A stretch of DNA of 64,000 nucleotides from Ostrea edulis (lineage: Eukaryota): NCBI RefSeq assembly GCF_947568905.1, contig NC_079168.1, forward strand, positions 24,242,001-24,306,000. The letters are read 5' to 3'. Made by a program: the position numbers and the translations under genes. Below the pieces are notes generated by a model. It made no database searches, was not told the origin of the DNA, and saw only the letters and a program-made list of their open reading frames with translations. This document shows positions 38,384 to 50,304 of the stretch, one piece after another (within the stretch, counting starts at the first letter, position 1; every line of letters begins with the position of its first letter).

Positions 38384-38614
38384 GGCCTGGAGGTTATGAA
38401 AAATTTTGAGCTCTTTTTCATACTCAAACTTAAACTCCGTGCTCTAAATCGTAATTATACTTAAAAGTGAAGGTTTTAAAACTTTTATAAAATTATTCTC
38501 ATACTCAAATGGAGTACATTCTTAAGATTTTTCGAGTATGCTTGAAGCTTGCTCAGAATTGTACTCAAAACAAACATAGCAGAATACGGTAAAACAAATT
38601 ATAACCTCCGGGCC
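38384..38614. mobile_element. MITE with 14-bp TIRs
   Basis: GGCCTGGAGGTTAT ... ATAACCTCCGGGCC; absent from copy 3 intron 2. Confidence 0.75.
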
Positions 38615-39166
38615 ACCTAGCGTTTGATTATGGACATTTGTCAAGACCTACGTTCTAGGTTTTTCTTTTTTCTTTTTGTTTTGAATTTTGAAAGAGGCAC
38701 CACTCTCATAGTTTGGTATAGATATCAACAGGAAAGTGACATTCAATTTGAATATAATTTCCTCATTGCAGTTGAACAGGTGATGAAGGTTGTTACGGAT
38801 CTTTTCGTAGCTGGAACAGAGACAACATCAGCAGCACTACGATGGTTTACTGTGTTCGTGATCAGAAATCCGGAAGTTCAGGAGAAGATCCGCAAAGAAA
38901 TCAATGACGTCATAGGCGATTCTAGGTATCCTAGTATGAATGATAAACCGAATTTGTCATACACAGAAGCTGTTCTTCACGAGGTCCTCCGCATAGGATG
39001 CATTGTGCCTTTATCAATACCACATGGACTTACGAGAGATTTAAAAGGATTTCGTTATTCCAAAAGACGCTATTTTAATTCCAAATTTACATTCTATTCT
39101 CTTTGGCTCAGAAAAGTTTGAAAATCCCAAGGATTTTCGACCTGAGAGATTTTTAGTTTCGGTTGA

Positions 39167-39210
39167 GCATCACTGAAGAGACATTATTTGTCGAAATGCG
39201 CATCTGGTGC
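39167..39210 (+). ncRNA. Minimal type I hammerhead ribozyme motif inside the 82-bp exon insertion
   Basis: GCAUCA-CUGAAGA-GACA UUAUU UGUC-GAA-AUGCGCAU-C/UGGUGC: 6-bp stem I, 4-bp stem II, palindromic stem III, AUC triplet (cleavage predicted after 39204). Confidence 0.8.
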
Positions 39211-39509
39211 ATCAAAATTGGTACCGTATAAGTTTTACATGCTAATGGGAATCTTAAAAATGTTGATAAAGTACTGGCATTTTCATTGGGTAAGTATTAA
39301 TCGGGATACAAAATGTATTTTGTTCACATAAAATATTCAACGAATATAGTACATTTATTTGTTGAAACCAACTAATATCTGTATGATATACTTGGCTAAA
39401 TGCGAAAAAAGATAACAAAACACCACTACATTATCACGATTTTATCTAATCTTACTGTCTTACATTTCGTATTTTCTATTTTCAATTAAGTCAAGTTGCC
39501 TTTCTACAT

Positions 39510-39747
39510 GTAAAACTTATACGGTACCAATTTTGATGCACCAGATGCGCATTTCGACAAATAATGTCTCTTCAGTGATGCTCAACCGAAATGTTTGAAA
39601 TCCGAAATAACTATGAAGTTTTAGAGCTAAATATAGCCAAAAACAGCGTGCCAAAAAAGTGGAGCCAAATTCGTCCAAGGATAAGAGCTATGCATGAGGG
39701 AGATAATCCTTAATTTTGAAATGAATTTCTAAATTTTATAACAGCAA
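39510..39747 (-). mobile_element. Hammerhead-bearing non-autonomous (Penelope pLTR/retrozyme-like) element in pseudogene intron 3; ribozyme motif at 39538-39581
   Basis: 39507-39591 is the exact reverse complement of 39157-39241; element absent from copy 3 intron 3; a third copy lies at 47432-47617. Confidence 0.8.
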
Positions 39748-41049
39748 TATACATTACCTACAGAAGTAACTAAATGAAATATCAATCCATACTTCTCTAC
39801 AGTTCTGAATTTAGGGAAATTCCATTGATTCAGTTGATTTGATTACAGGTCGTCGTGTTTGCCTGGATGAATCTCTGGATAGGATTGAGCTGTTTTTGTT
39901 TACTACAACTTTGGTACAACGATTTCAAATCCTCCCCGCTGATCCCGCGCACCTGCCATCATTAGACGGGGATTTGGGAGTTACTTATTGTCCGAGGGAA
40001 TTCTCACTCAGGACAATTAGTACTTAATGAAGTCTTGAAGAAGCACACTAAATATTGTAAACTCATGCGTACGACAGACGAATATAAACATGAAAGTGAT
40101 TATATCTATCGATGTTTGAAATAGTTGCTAGACTAATATTGATGCATGCGTGTATTTTTTAGATTATATGTTTTCATTCAGCATTCTAGTATTGCGTAAT
40201 TGCTAAAGAGTGCATACTTGATTTTACATAGAATATATACATACTGTATTAAATCACATAATTTCCGTGAACGTTAGATTGATGCCGAGGCACATATCAC
40301 TTCTGTTACTGAACGGCCAAATCTTACAGTTCATGGCTGACTCGGACAAAAGGCACAATATACGGAAACCTTCTCGTGACATGTTCAAATACATGAATTA
40401 AGTCATGAACCAATGCAATGTATAGAAATGTTCAAGTTGTCCAAACATTATAAACTTGTAGATACACAACTGATGCATAACGATAAGCAGAAATAAGGTG
40501 ACGTCAATAAATCCACTTAAAGACCAAAAAAAAAAACACCGTATGGTTGCTCCACGGATGACTGAATGTGGGCGGAGCTTATCCATGGTCAATGTTATCT
40601 ACCTGGAATTTACCTGGCCAAGAGATCAGTTGTTGTGTATATTTTTATGATATACACAGGAAATTTCTTAGGTTATTACAAATTATGCTTAGTGTCTTGA
40701 TTTGTGCAAATTAAAAAAAAAAAATTAAAATTTCTACCTACATGTATACCGCATTTTTATTTCCCGTAAACCTTCAAACTTGGTCATATTTATGTATTGC
40801 AAATGACAGGTTTAGCCCATTTCTAAACCTTTGCTCTTTAAAACTTCTCATTAAATTGTTATATATCGTATATAAATAATTTCCGAAATATAATATTACC
40901 CGGCGTTTCCGGGCACTTCCTGGTGTCCTGGGAGTTCGCGGTGTCGTGGGTGTAGTAGGTAAAATATCCATGTTTCGAGAGAATGAATAAATCCAAGTAG
41001 ATCTGTGTACATGTACAACCAATTGAAGAATGGTCAAGATACCCCTCAA

Positions 41050-41350
41050 TATGGGCCGTCTGTAGGGTTTCTGTAGCTGTAGTGTTTGCGTAATGGTGGT
41101 ATCCCAAACAGAATGTGACACGAAGTCTACACCCCCCCCCCCTCTCTCTCTCTTTAGGGTTTCTGTGGACGTAGTGTTTGTGTAACGATGGTATCCCAAA
41201 CAGAAGCTGACACATAGCTAGTCTACCCCCCTTTCTCTCTCTCTCTCCCTTACTCTCAATCATTGACTAAATGAGTAATTATTGTCATACGTATGCAACA
41301 CTATTGCCATGCCATATTATTTCATCTATATTATTGCTACAGTTTTACAC

Positions 41351-41396
<46 letters not shown>

Positions 41397-41900
41397 ATAA
41401 ATATAAAACCTGATAAATTATAAATATCTCAATAACTTTCTCTCTCTCTCTCTCTATCTTTATATTTATAAATATAAAACCATGATAAATTATAAATAGA
41501 AATATTTCAATAACTCTATCTCTATCTCTCTATAAATATAAAGCCGTGATAAATTATAAATAGAAATATCTCAGTAACTCTCTCTCTCTAAAAATATAAA
41601 GCCTGATAAATTATAAATAGAAATATCTCAATAATTTATTTATGCTTTTTTACTATTGTTTGATTTCTGATTGTGTAATTTATAATCCATGTGGTATCTC
41701 AAACAGAGGCATTTTCTTAACTACTGTAACAGTTTTACGCATGGGCAATATAACCATTATACATGTTGATGTGCTGCGCCAATAAAGAATTGTTCATGTT
41801 TTTATAAATATAAAGCCACAATAAATCATTAATAGAAAATATTCCTATAACTTATGTTTGTTTGGTTGGTTTTTTTTTTTTATTATTATTGTTTGATTTC
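41050..41900. repeat. Composite low-complexity repeat: ~100-bp duplication, (CT)n tracts and ~60-bp AT-rich repeats
   Basis: TAGGGTTTCTGT...GGTATCCCAAACAGAA twice; TATAAATATAAA.CC.TGATAAATTATAAATAGAAAT about 4 times; (CT)~20 at 41354-41394. Confidence 0.7.
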
Positions 41901-43595
41901 TGATTGTTTAATCTATAATACTTGTATAAAGATGGAGAGAGAAAATACGATGATAAATTGCATTGTATAGGGGACGTTAGAAATTAAAATATTCTAGGTG
42001 CGAGTCAATGCTATCAAAACTCAGGTATACTGGGGCTTTCCTAGAGATCTGAAGACTGCAGGTCATCATTAGCCATGATTGTTATCAAAACATCTTTCTC
42101 AGGTAGCTGTAGACCACAGTCTCTGCAAACGTCAATCAACCTAAGCTCTATTGTTAAAAGTTTGATTGACCAGCGGCTTATCATTGATCACAACACAGGT
42201 AAAATTTGGGGGCGTTAACTTAAAGTTGGGTCTTTAAAAAACAGCTTTTATTAGCTTTTACATTTATTCTTTGAATCAAATTAATTGTTTTAGAATCTGT
42301 GATTTTTTCACAGGTCATGGTAGATACATACATACATGTAATGAACAAAAGCCAGAGGAGAACACGAAATAATCGATATTCAATGATATCAATTGTAAAT
42401 GATTAGAGAATATAAAAAGACTATCAAATCATACATGAATACAATGATAGCAAAATGTGCACTTACACGTTGTACTATTTTGAGACGGCGATAAAGACCT
42501 AAATCATGCGCTGGTTTTTCACTGCGCCGTATATCGAAGGCTTTTATATTAAGAAGGATGGATCTTAACGTAGCTCTCTGGTATGTCCCAATACTTTCTC
42601 GGACAGATACAGATCTGCAGCTTATAGAGATGTATATGCAATTCCTAATTGTCGTTACGTTGAGCCTGTGTTTTGTGTTGTATCTGTGTGTTTTGATGGA
42701 ATAAAGCTGTATTACAACTTTAAACATTTTTATAATGAAATCAAACGCAAAGTTCCTCCATGAGAAACTTACATTCAATTTATCATGATACAATGAATTT
42801 TTGTCAAGTTAATAATGAATCAAGGTATCTGTGTGAGTTAAAATTTTACACATAAGTATGCATGCAAATCGAAATTGAATTGATAGCCTTGTGGTTTGGT
42901 TTTAATACTTGTCAGATAAATGAAAGAAGTTCAGATGGTTTAAAACGTAACAGGTCTACCATAATAATATACCAACAATTCTATATTACATAATATAATT
43001 GACGATATATTACTTCCATACAATACACACGTTTAAATGTCCAAGTCAGCTGTTGTCTGTAAAAGTTAGCCTTTCCGCAATATTCCACTATAGTAGTCTA
43101 TAGTAAATGTACAAAAGTATAAAATGTGTTTTGAGTATCTAAAGCCAATATCAACGAATATTCAGCGATATTGATTGTACTTTTAACTATGGATATTCTT
43201 GGATTGAGCAGACAACAGATTCATTTTTTCAGCGAATATTTTACAATTCACAATCTCGAACTCTTTACAAATCAAACAGAGCTAGCATTCTTACCGGGCG
43301 AGTTAACAAAAATAACAATTACACTGAGGGGAGGTAACACTGTAAAGTCACCTTAAAATCAGTTTCCAAAACGAGGTCATATAAGGATATCATTTTGTTG
43401 GAAAGAAGAGCTGCAGCTGGCCGATGTATTAACCTTACATGATAGAACAGTCCGTGCAGGTTCCCCGATCCTCCCATTATCATTCCCTGTATTTTTATTT
43501 TCCCTTTAAATGCTGTGTACACCTTGCAATGCCATTAATCCGTCACAGTCCGTCAACGTGCTCCTCGTAACATCCAGTTCGACGTATAGGAGTGA

Positions 43596-44122
43596 AAACA
43601 ATACAATATCTATATATCTAAACCAAGCTGTAGTGTAAACAATACAACGTCTATATATCTAAACCAAGCTGTAGTGTAAACAATACAATGTCTATATATC
43701 TAAACCAAGCTGTAGCGTAAACAATACAATGTCTATATATCTAAACCAAGCTGTAGTGTAAACAATACAATGTCTATATATCTAAACCAAGCTGTAGCGT
43801 AAACAATACAATGTCTATATATCTAAACCAAGCTGTAGCGTAAACAATACAATGTCTATATATTTAAACCAAGCTGTAGCGTAAACAATACAATGTCTAT
43901 ATATCTAAACCAAGCTGTAGCGTAAACAATACAATGTCTATATATCTAAACCAAGCTGTAGCGTAAACAATACAATGTCTATATATCTAAACCAAGCCGC
44001 AGTGTAAACAATACAATGTCTATATATCTAAACCAAGCCGTAGTGTAAACAATACAATGTCTATATATCTAAACCAAGCTGTAGTGTAAACAATACAATG
44101 TCTATATATCTAAACCAAGCTG
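43596..44122 (+). repeat. 41-bp minisatellite, ~13 copies, 0.5-1.0 kb upstream of CYP copy 5
   Basis: Unit AAACAATACAATGTCTATATATCTAAACCAAGCTGTAG(T/C)GT with exact 41-nt period. Confidence 0.97.
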
Positions 44123-44617
44123 TCTGAAATAAAGTATCACAGTAGTTTACAACTATAACAGAATTGTCACTGTGTCGGTTTGTCTGGGTTTTGGGATAAA
44201 TGACCTTCCACTTTGCGTTAATTCGGAGATTGGTGTTTAATTAATTTAATCTAAATGCATATCTATCATGCATACTGTTTAATTTTGTACCAATAACCGT
44301 TCGTTTTAGAATAATAACTGTTCATTTCATATTTGAATATGTTATCTAGTTCAGCTGTATATTTCCTTTTATATTGTTCATGTTGCACAGACGAATTTTA
44401 AACCCTTTTTGTCCGCCGTAGAAGATGACCTCTATCGTACAAGCTTGGGGAGTTTGTTTAGAATTAAGGACATTGAAGTGCAATAATTTCACAGTTTACA
44501 TCATCTGAGCTAGTTTCTCGTGTATAAATAGTGGGCATTTAAGCATTGACAGCTGTGTTTCTGAAAGGCATTTAGAACGGAAGATCGATTAAGTGCAGCG
44601 GTACTAAGCTTCGCACG

Positions 44618-47600
44618 ATGTTTGATATCTGGACTGTTTCTATAGCATGTCTAGTAGTGTGTTTATACATATGGTGGCGGAAAACCACGAGGGATGCTAC
44701 CCTTCCCCCGGGGCCCCCCACGGTCCCACTCATTGGGAATCTTCTAAGTGTGAGTCCGGACACGTTGTTGGAGACGTTTATGGAGTATAGGCAGAAGTAC
44801 GGAGACGTTTTCAGTCTAATCACTGGTTCGAGGATCCTTGTTGTCGTCAGTGGATATGATACCCTAAGGGATATATTCATAAAGCATGGAGATATCGTAT
44901 CCGAGAGACCTGATATGTTTATTACGAGAGAAGTCGGGAAATTCAAAGGTAAAGTAATAAAAAAAAAAACCTCATTGTGATTGAGTCCTAGGGCGGATCT
45001 ATAAGATCGATTTTTAAATTTATTTTTATACGAGAGGGTGTGTTCTAACCATACTTAATTACATAGTTGGTATGAAGCATCATAGGACAAGGAAGGTATA
45101 AACTGTATATTTCAGAACTCCTGCATCCCCTCGGCCTTACGGACAGAGGAAGAAACTGTCAGAAAATGATCAATTTTCAAAACTCTTCTCTACAATCCCA
45201 CACCTGTTATGTAGAACAGGAAGGCCTCTACTTTTATGATCACTGTGGTAATCGAATGGATATATAGAATTGATAGGTAACCCTTTACCGAAATTGTAAA
45301 TGTCATAATCCTAGGGGTAGGGGTTGTGTTACCAGGGTGGGGACAAATGGAGAGAGTGATTAAAACACTAAATGTTTAGCATATTTAGGAAAGGGATGTA
45401 CCAAAATTATGTTCTTACTCAAGAGCAGGTCCAAAATAGTCACATGGTGTAAATATAACCAATGTTATGTAAAGCCTTTCATCAGAATGATAACTTTCGT
45501 GGGCAATTGTGTGGTTCTTTTAAGAACACATTTTGTTTTATTCTGCCGCTAAATATTAGAATTTAGCTTAGAAATGCAGAACAGAAACATCATTATACAT
45601 TTCGCAGCCCTTGGAATTAGTGATACTTATAACTAAAATTCATGTGACTGATAGGGCTTGTGGGTTTTATGCCTGTGAGCAAATTCATCTTTACATCAAA
45701 AGTGTCATATGCATGTATCTTTATTATTATTATTAAAATTTAAGGTGTGGCAACTTCCTCTGGAGCACTCTGGAAAGAACACAGAACTTTTACTTTAAAT
45801 GCATTGAGAGAATTCGGGTTTGGAAAAAGAAGTTTGGAGTCTAGAATTATTGAGGAAATTGAAGTATTTGTTCGAGAAATCCAATCTAAGACAGGAGCGC
45901 CGTTTAATATGCATGACCTGATAAATGTCTGTATCTCCAATATCATGTGTTCCATCAACTTTGGCCAACGCTATGACCATAATGATAAAAACTTTCAGTC
46001 TCTGTTGAATAAAATGAATCAAAATTTGAGCAACGAAAACATAATGTTTGTTGCGACAGTATTACCTTTCGTTCAATACATCCCTGGAGACCCATGTCGG
46101 ATCAAGAGGACAATGTCTAATGTCGAAGTTGTGGAGAATCATCTTCGGCAAATCATTAAGGAGCACGAGGAAACTTATGATGAAAATAATCTCAGAGATT
46201 TTGTAGATGTCTACTTGAAGAAAATGAAATCAGAGAAAGTCAATCCCAAAACAACTTTCGACGGTAAATACAAAACAAAGCTCTTGAATACATTAAACAT
46301 ACTTTTAAAATAATTGTTTTTACATTTAATGAAATTTCTGTATACATTTCGTTAAAGAGAAAAATTAAGATGAAACTTTACCATTGTTTTTGCAGAGGAC
46401 CAATTGTTGAAGATTATAGGTGAATTATTTGTCGCTGGAACTGAAACAACATCAACCGCTCTCCGATGGTTCTCTCTATTTATGATTAGAAATCCGGATG
46501 TGCAAGATAAGATGCGCAAAGAGATCTATGACGTCATCGGATCTTCACGTTTTCCTAGCATGGAAGACAAACCAAATCTTCCATACTGCGAAGCAGTAAT
46601 ACACGAGGTTCTCCGAAAAGGAGCGATTGCTCCAATATCTGTACCCCATGGACTGACGGGTGATCTTCAATATAAAGGTTTCACCATTCCAAAAGACACG
46701 CTTCTCATTCCGAATTTGTATTCTGTCTTCTTTGACAAGGACATTTTCCCTGATCCACATGTTTTTCGCCCAGAGCGATACTTGGATGAGAAAGGAAACC
46801 TTCAACATACCGAGAAAGTTCTAGCATTCTCACTTGGTAAGCAAATATTGCAGTTTTGATTAATGTCATATTTCGAAAACGGGCTCAATTATGCACGCAA
46901 CATTTTTACTATATTGAAGTAGAATTATCTTGAGTAGAAAAATATATTATTTTGTATATTATTTACCACAACTGACCGTCGACGTTTATGGGCCATTGCT
47001 GGCATGCTTTTGAATTTGCCTTAAGGTATTCAATGTATAATGAAAGGATAATGACCAATTTTGAATGAAATGTTTATTGTTGAATAATAACGAAAGTGAA
47101 GTAGATTGCACTTGAGACTTTTTGAAGAGTTATCTGCCCTTTGTAAAAATAAAGACAATCTAATTTTCTAAACATGTGTGTGGTAAATGATTAATTTTAT
47201 TTCATATTTTCATAGAGAGATAGTGTACGTAACTTTCAACCAAGATATTTGTATGAAAATATAATTTCTGTTAAAAATATTATATTAACACATAGTCTTC
47301 AATAAATCAAGCAGTAAACAAAAGTTTGAAAATTCCTATGGTGGATAATTTTTATATGATGAACCCTTCAAAATGATACCATGATTACAAAAGTCCCACC
47401 ATCCAGTTACTAGATATGAAATATCGTCATTAAATTTAGAAATTCATTTCAAAATTAAGGATTATCTCCCTCATGCATAGCTCTTATCCTTGGGCGAATT
47501 TGGTTCCAGTTTTTGGCACTCTAGTTTTCCTTTTAGCTCTTACAAGTTTATTATTTCGAATGTCTCAAATTTCGGCTTGGGCATCACTAAGAGACATTAT

Positions 47601-48480
47601 TTGTCGAAATGCGCGCCTTTAATGACCACGAGTACTATTTATCATTTGTTGAAGAGTTCCTTAGGAGAATTCATTTATCATAATTCTGGTATGATGGTCG
47701 CAGTTGCCAATGAACTGGGACAAAAACATAATACTGTAACTCCAGAAGAGATACAAGACAAATACTTAAGCAGAATACATCTATTTGCTTTGAAGAATTG
47801 GTACAAGTTTTATACTATCGGAATTCCATTATTGCCGTTAAACCTTCTGATTGATTATATGAGAAATACGCCACCCCAGAAGGACTGTGTGACAGGTTTC
47901 CAAATGTGGCCCACACGTTCCTCTGGTTCTCAGAAAAGCGGATACCATGGGCTTCATTTACTCGAGACAAAATCGAATGTTCTATAGCGAGTGGTTAACC
48001 TTTACTTACATCTGCTCTATCATCATGATTTGAAGATTCCCTTTCACGGTTTGTTATGTATAATGTTCACGAGACCGTTCACTAGATATGGTAAAGGTTA
48101 ACATAGCACACAATACTCTTCATATTGTTAGAAGCAAACATCATTTTCATAATCTCTGAATTATTGGAATAAACAATATGTACATCATTTCACGGGGAAA
48201 AGTTACCTCTTCGTCTTAATATCAATCTTCGATTTGTTATATTTCTATAACTGTATTTTAAAAGACTTCTCCTACAGAAAAGAATTTGTTTCCATACACA
48301 GGTCGCCGAGTGTGTCTAGGTGAGGCTTTGGCGAGAATGGAATTGTTCCTGTTTGCCACATCCATGATACAGAGATTCCAGATTTTACCAGCTGATCCAG
48401 ATCATCTACCATCTGAGAAAGGCCACATTGGAATTACGTATTCGCCAAAAGCTTTCAATTTAAAAGCAGTAAGTGTTTAG
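44618..48480 (+). CDS. Cytochrome P450, CYP2 clan, copy 5 (intact, 489 aa, most divergent paralog)
   Basis: Exons 44618-44948, 45745-46263, 46396-46836, 48302-48480; GT-AG, phase 1; [39 protein letters not shown]. Confidence 0.95.
45035..45430 (-). mobile_element. Degenerate Helentron-like (HINE) fragment in CYP copy 5 intron 1
   Basis: AGTTGGTATGAAGCATC.TAGGACAAGG and AAATTGTAAATGTCATAATCCTAGGGGTAGGGG resemble the reverse complement of 60170-60300. Confidence 0.5.
47432..47617 (+). mobile_element. Third, older copy of the hammerhead-bearing element (core mutated to CUAAGA) in CYP copy 5 intron 3
   Basis: Reverse complement of ~39545-39735; GCATCACTAAGAGACATTATTTGTCGAAATGCGC; homology stops at 47614-47617. 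Confidence 0.8.
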
Positions 48481-48565
48481 GGTAATTAACATGCATCTGA
48501 TGTTGTCCTTGACGAATATCAAAAGACCAAACTCCAATTATAGCGCGTTTTGTAATATTTTGTTT

Positions 48566-48725
48566 ATTACATGCACCAAGGTGTGATCGGTCAACAGGGA
48601 ATTCTTATCCCTCCTAGAGGCACCTGATCCCACCTCTGGTATACCCAGGGGACTGTGTTTACCCTTCTCTTTATTTTGAATTCTCTATGGGATTGATCAA
48701 TTTTCGTTATCTTTTCTTATTCATG
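48566..48725 (+). mobile_element. Naiad-type Penelope 3' tail just downstream of CYP copy 5
   Basis: GGTGTGATCGGTCAACAGGG...GGCACCTGATCCCACCTCTGGT. Confidence 0.75.
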
Positions 48726-50304
48726 TACATTTGCATAGCCGTGTACTTTTACAATATATCACAAACATTTGTCGATATGTGCTTTATGTAAGACGAACAT
48801 GTAGTAAGAAATTGATGGGTCAATTGTCACCATTATTTGCAATTTAGCGGATAAAAAACGACATAGTATTTTATTTTGTTTTTTCAATATTCCAAGAATT
48901 TTGTGGAGATTTTACTCATGTCATGAAAATGTACAAGGAGCAGATGTTGAAGTCCCACTGAAATGTTTGCTGACTGCTCTGATTGTTTTGACAATGTACA
49001 AAACGTCCCTCTCGATAATTTTTACTCATGAAGCACTTCAACTGCTGAACTTAAGATCACGGGTTTGAATCCAGCAGGGGTTTTATTTTTTTTTCCAGAT
49101 TGATTTCTACTTAAACTACATTTTTGAATAAATAAAGTAAATTTGAATGGTTTTAATTTCAAAATATTAATGTACATATCCCATCCCACTTTTCATCCAT
49201 ATCAAATCTCCGTAGAAGCATTCCACCTTGAATAAGCCATTGGCATAGATAATTATTGTTTTTTCTTTATCGAAATTCCGAATTCGAATTGTACATTTTA
49301 CTTATTTTCACCTTTGATACGGATGTGTAAAATATTTTTTAATGCATATTTATGGGCCTATATTGATAGGATAGGAATATACACAGAAAGACGCATATAT
49401 TTGTTGCAAACCGTGTTGTATCTTCAATCTTTAAAGCTTATTATTGCTTGTAATAATAGTTTGTATTAGATATAGCATAACTTGTGTTCATTTTGGTGTT
49501 GTTAATAAAGAGAGTTTGCGTTTTATATACTGTTTGGTCTATTCTTAATTTTGAATTCTTTATAAGAATTATAAGCTTGATCACTGTTCGTTATCTTCAC
49601 CTTTTCATTGTACATGGACGTGCAAGAATACTGTATTATAAAATTTTGGTAAATGAATGTTCACAAATGGAACAGCAATTGAATTTATTTGATATTTCAA
49701 TTTACTTTTCATGTGAAAAATGAATCATCGAATCTTGTTTTCGCACGAGCACTAAAATAATGGATTTGAAATCATGATATTTGAAAATATGTTTTAATTG
49801 AAAAATAGGGAAGCATAGTAATTTCCCAACTCTTGCATAAAAAAATCATACACGATACGACATGAAATGTAAATAGGTACATGATGTTTGTCAGACAGAA
49901 TAAGGACTGTTTAGGTTGTATCCTTGAAATCCGTTACTTTCTTATCCCCCCTCACACTTTCGGCGTGGAGGCAGTCTCTAATTAACTCAGAGTGTCGCTT
50001 CATTGTTTATAGAATGAGAGATCCTGTGGAATCATTTGATTTCGTGGGGGCTCAATTTTTGTTGATTTCGTGGGTATCCCATTTCCACGAATTTCAAACC
50101 ACAATGAAATACAGAATAAACATATGTTTCAATGTACAGGGATCATATCCATGAAGTCGAAATTACATCACAACAAAACTGTAAAATCCTGACAACCCGC
50201 AAAAATGAACCCCTCAGATTTAATTGATTTCACATTAATTCAATACAGAGTCATCATAGCAATATCCAAATACCCGTGAACTAACAAACATCTCTCAATA
50301 AAAT

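Larger units (their letters stand above)
37190..40027 (+). pseudogene. CYP2-clan pseudogene (copy 4; duplicate of copy 3)
   Basis: Exon 1 deleted; exon 2 37190-37708 with acceptor CAG>CGG; exon 3 from 38772 with a 5-nt deletion (~39045) and an 82-bp insertion (39157-39238); exon 4 39849-40027 with heme motif CLG>CLD. Confidence 0.92.

Noticed and set aside
39157-39591. Inversion, or a TIR transposon capturing CYP exon sequence
   Set aside because: The interior is colinear with copy 3, there is no TSD outside the arms, and the right arm continues 156 bp as a longer known copy; two insertions explain it better.
40774-41263. Two overlapping 134-141 aa minus-strand ORFs
   Set aside because: They span (CT)n/poly-C tracts and a local duplication; no domain or splice support.
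43596-44122. CRISPR-like regular array
   Set aside because: Units are contiguous near-identical 41-mers with no unique spacers, there are no cas genes, and the context is eukaryotic. The same applies to the 26-, 28-, 31- and 38-bp arrays.
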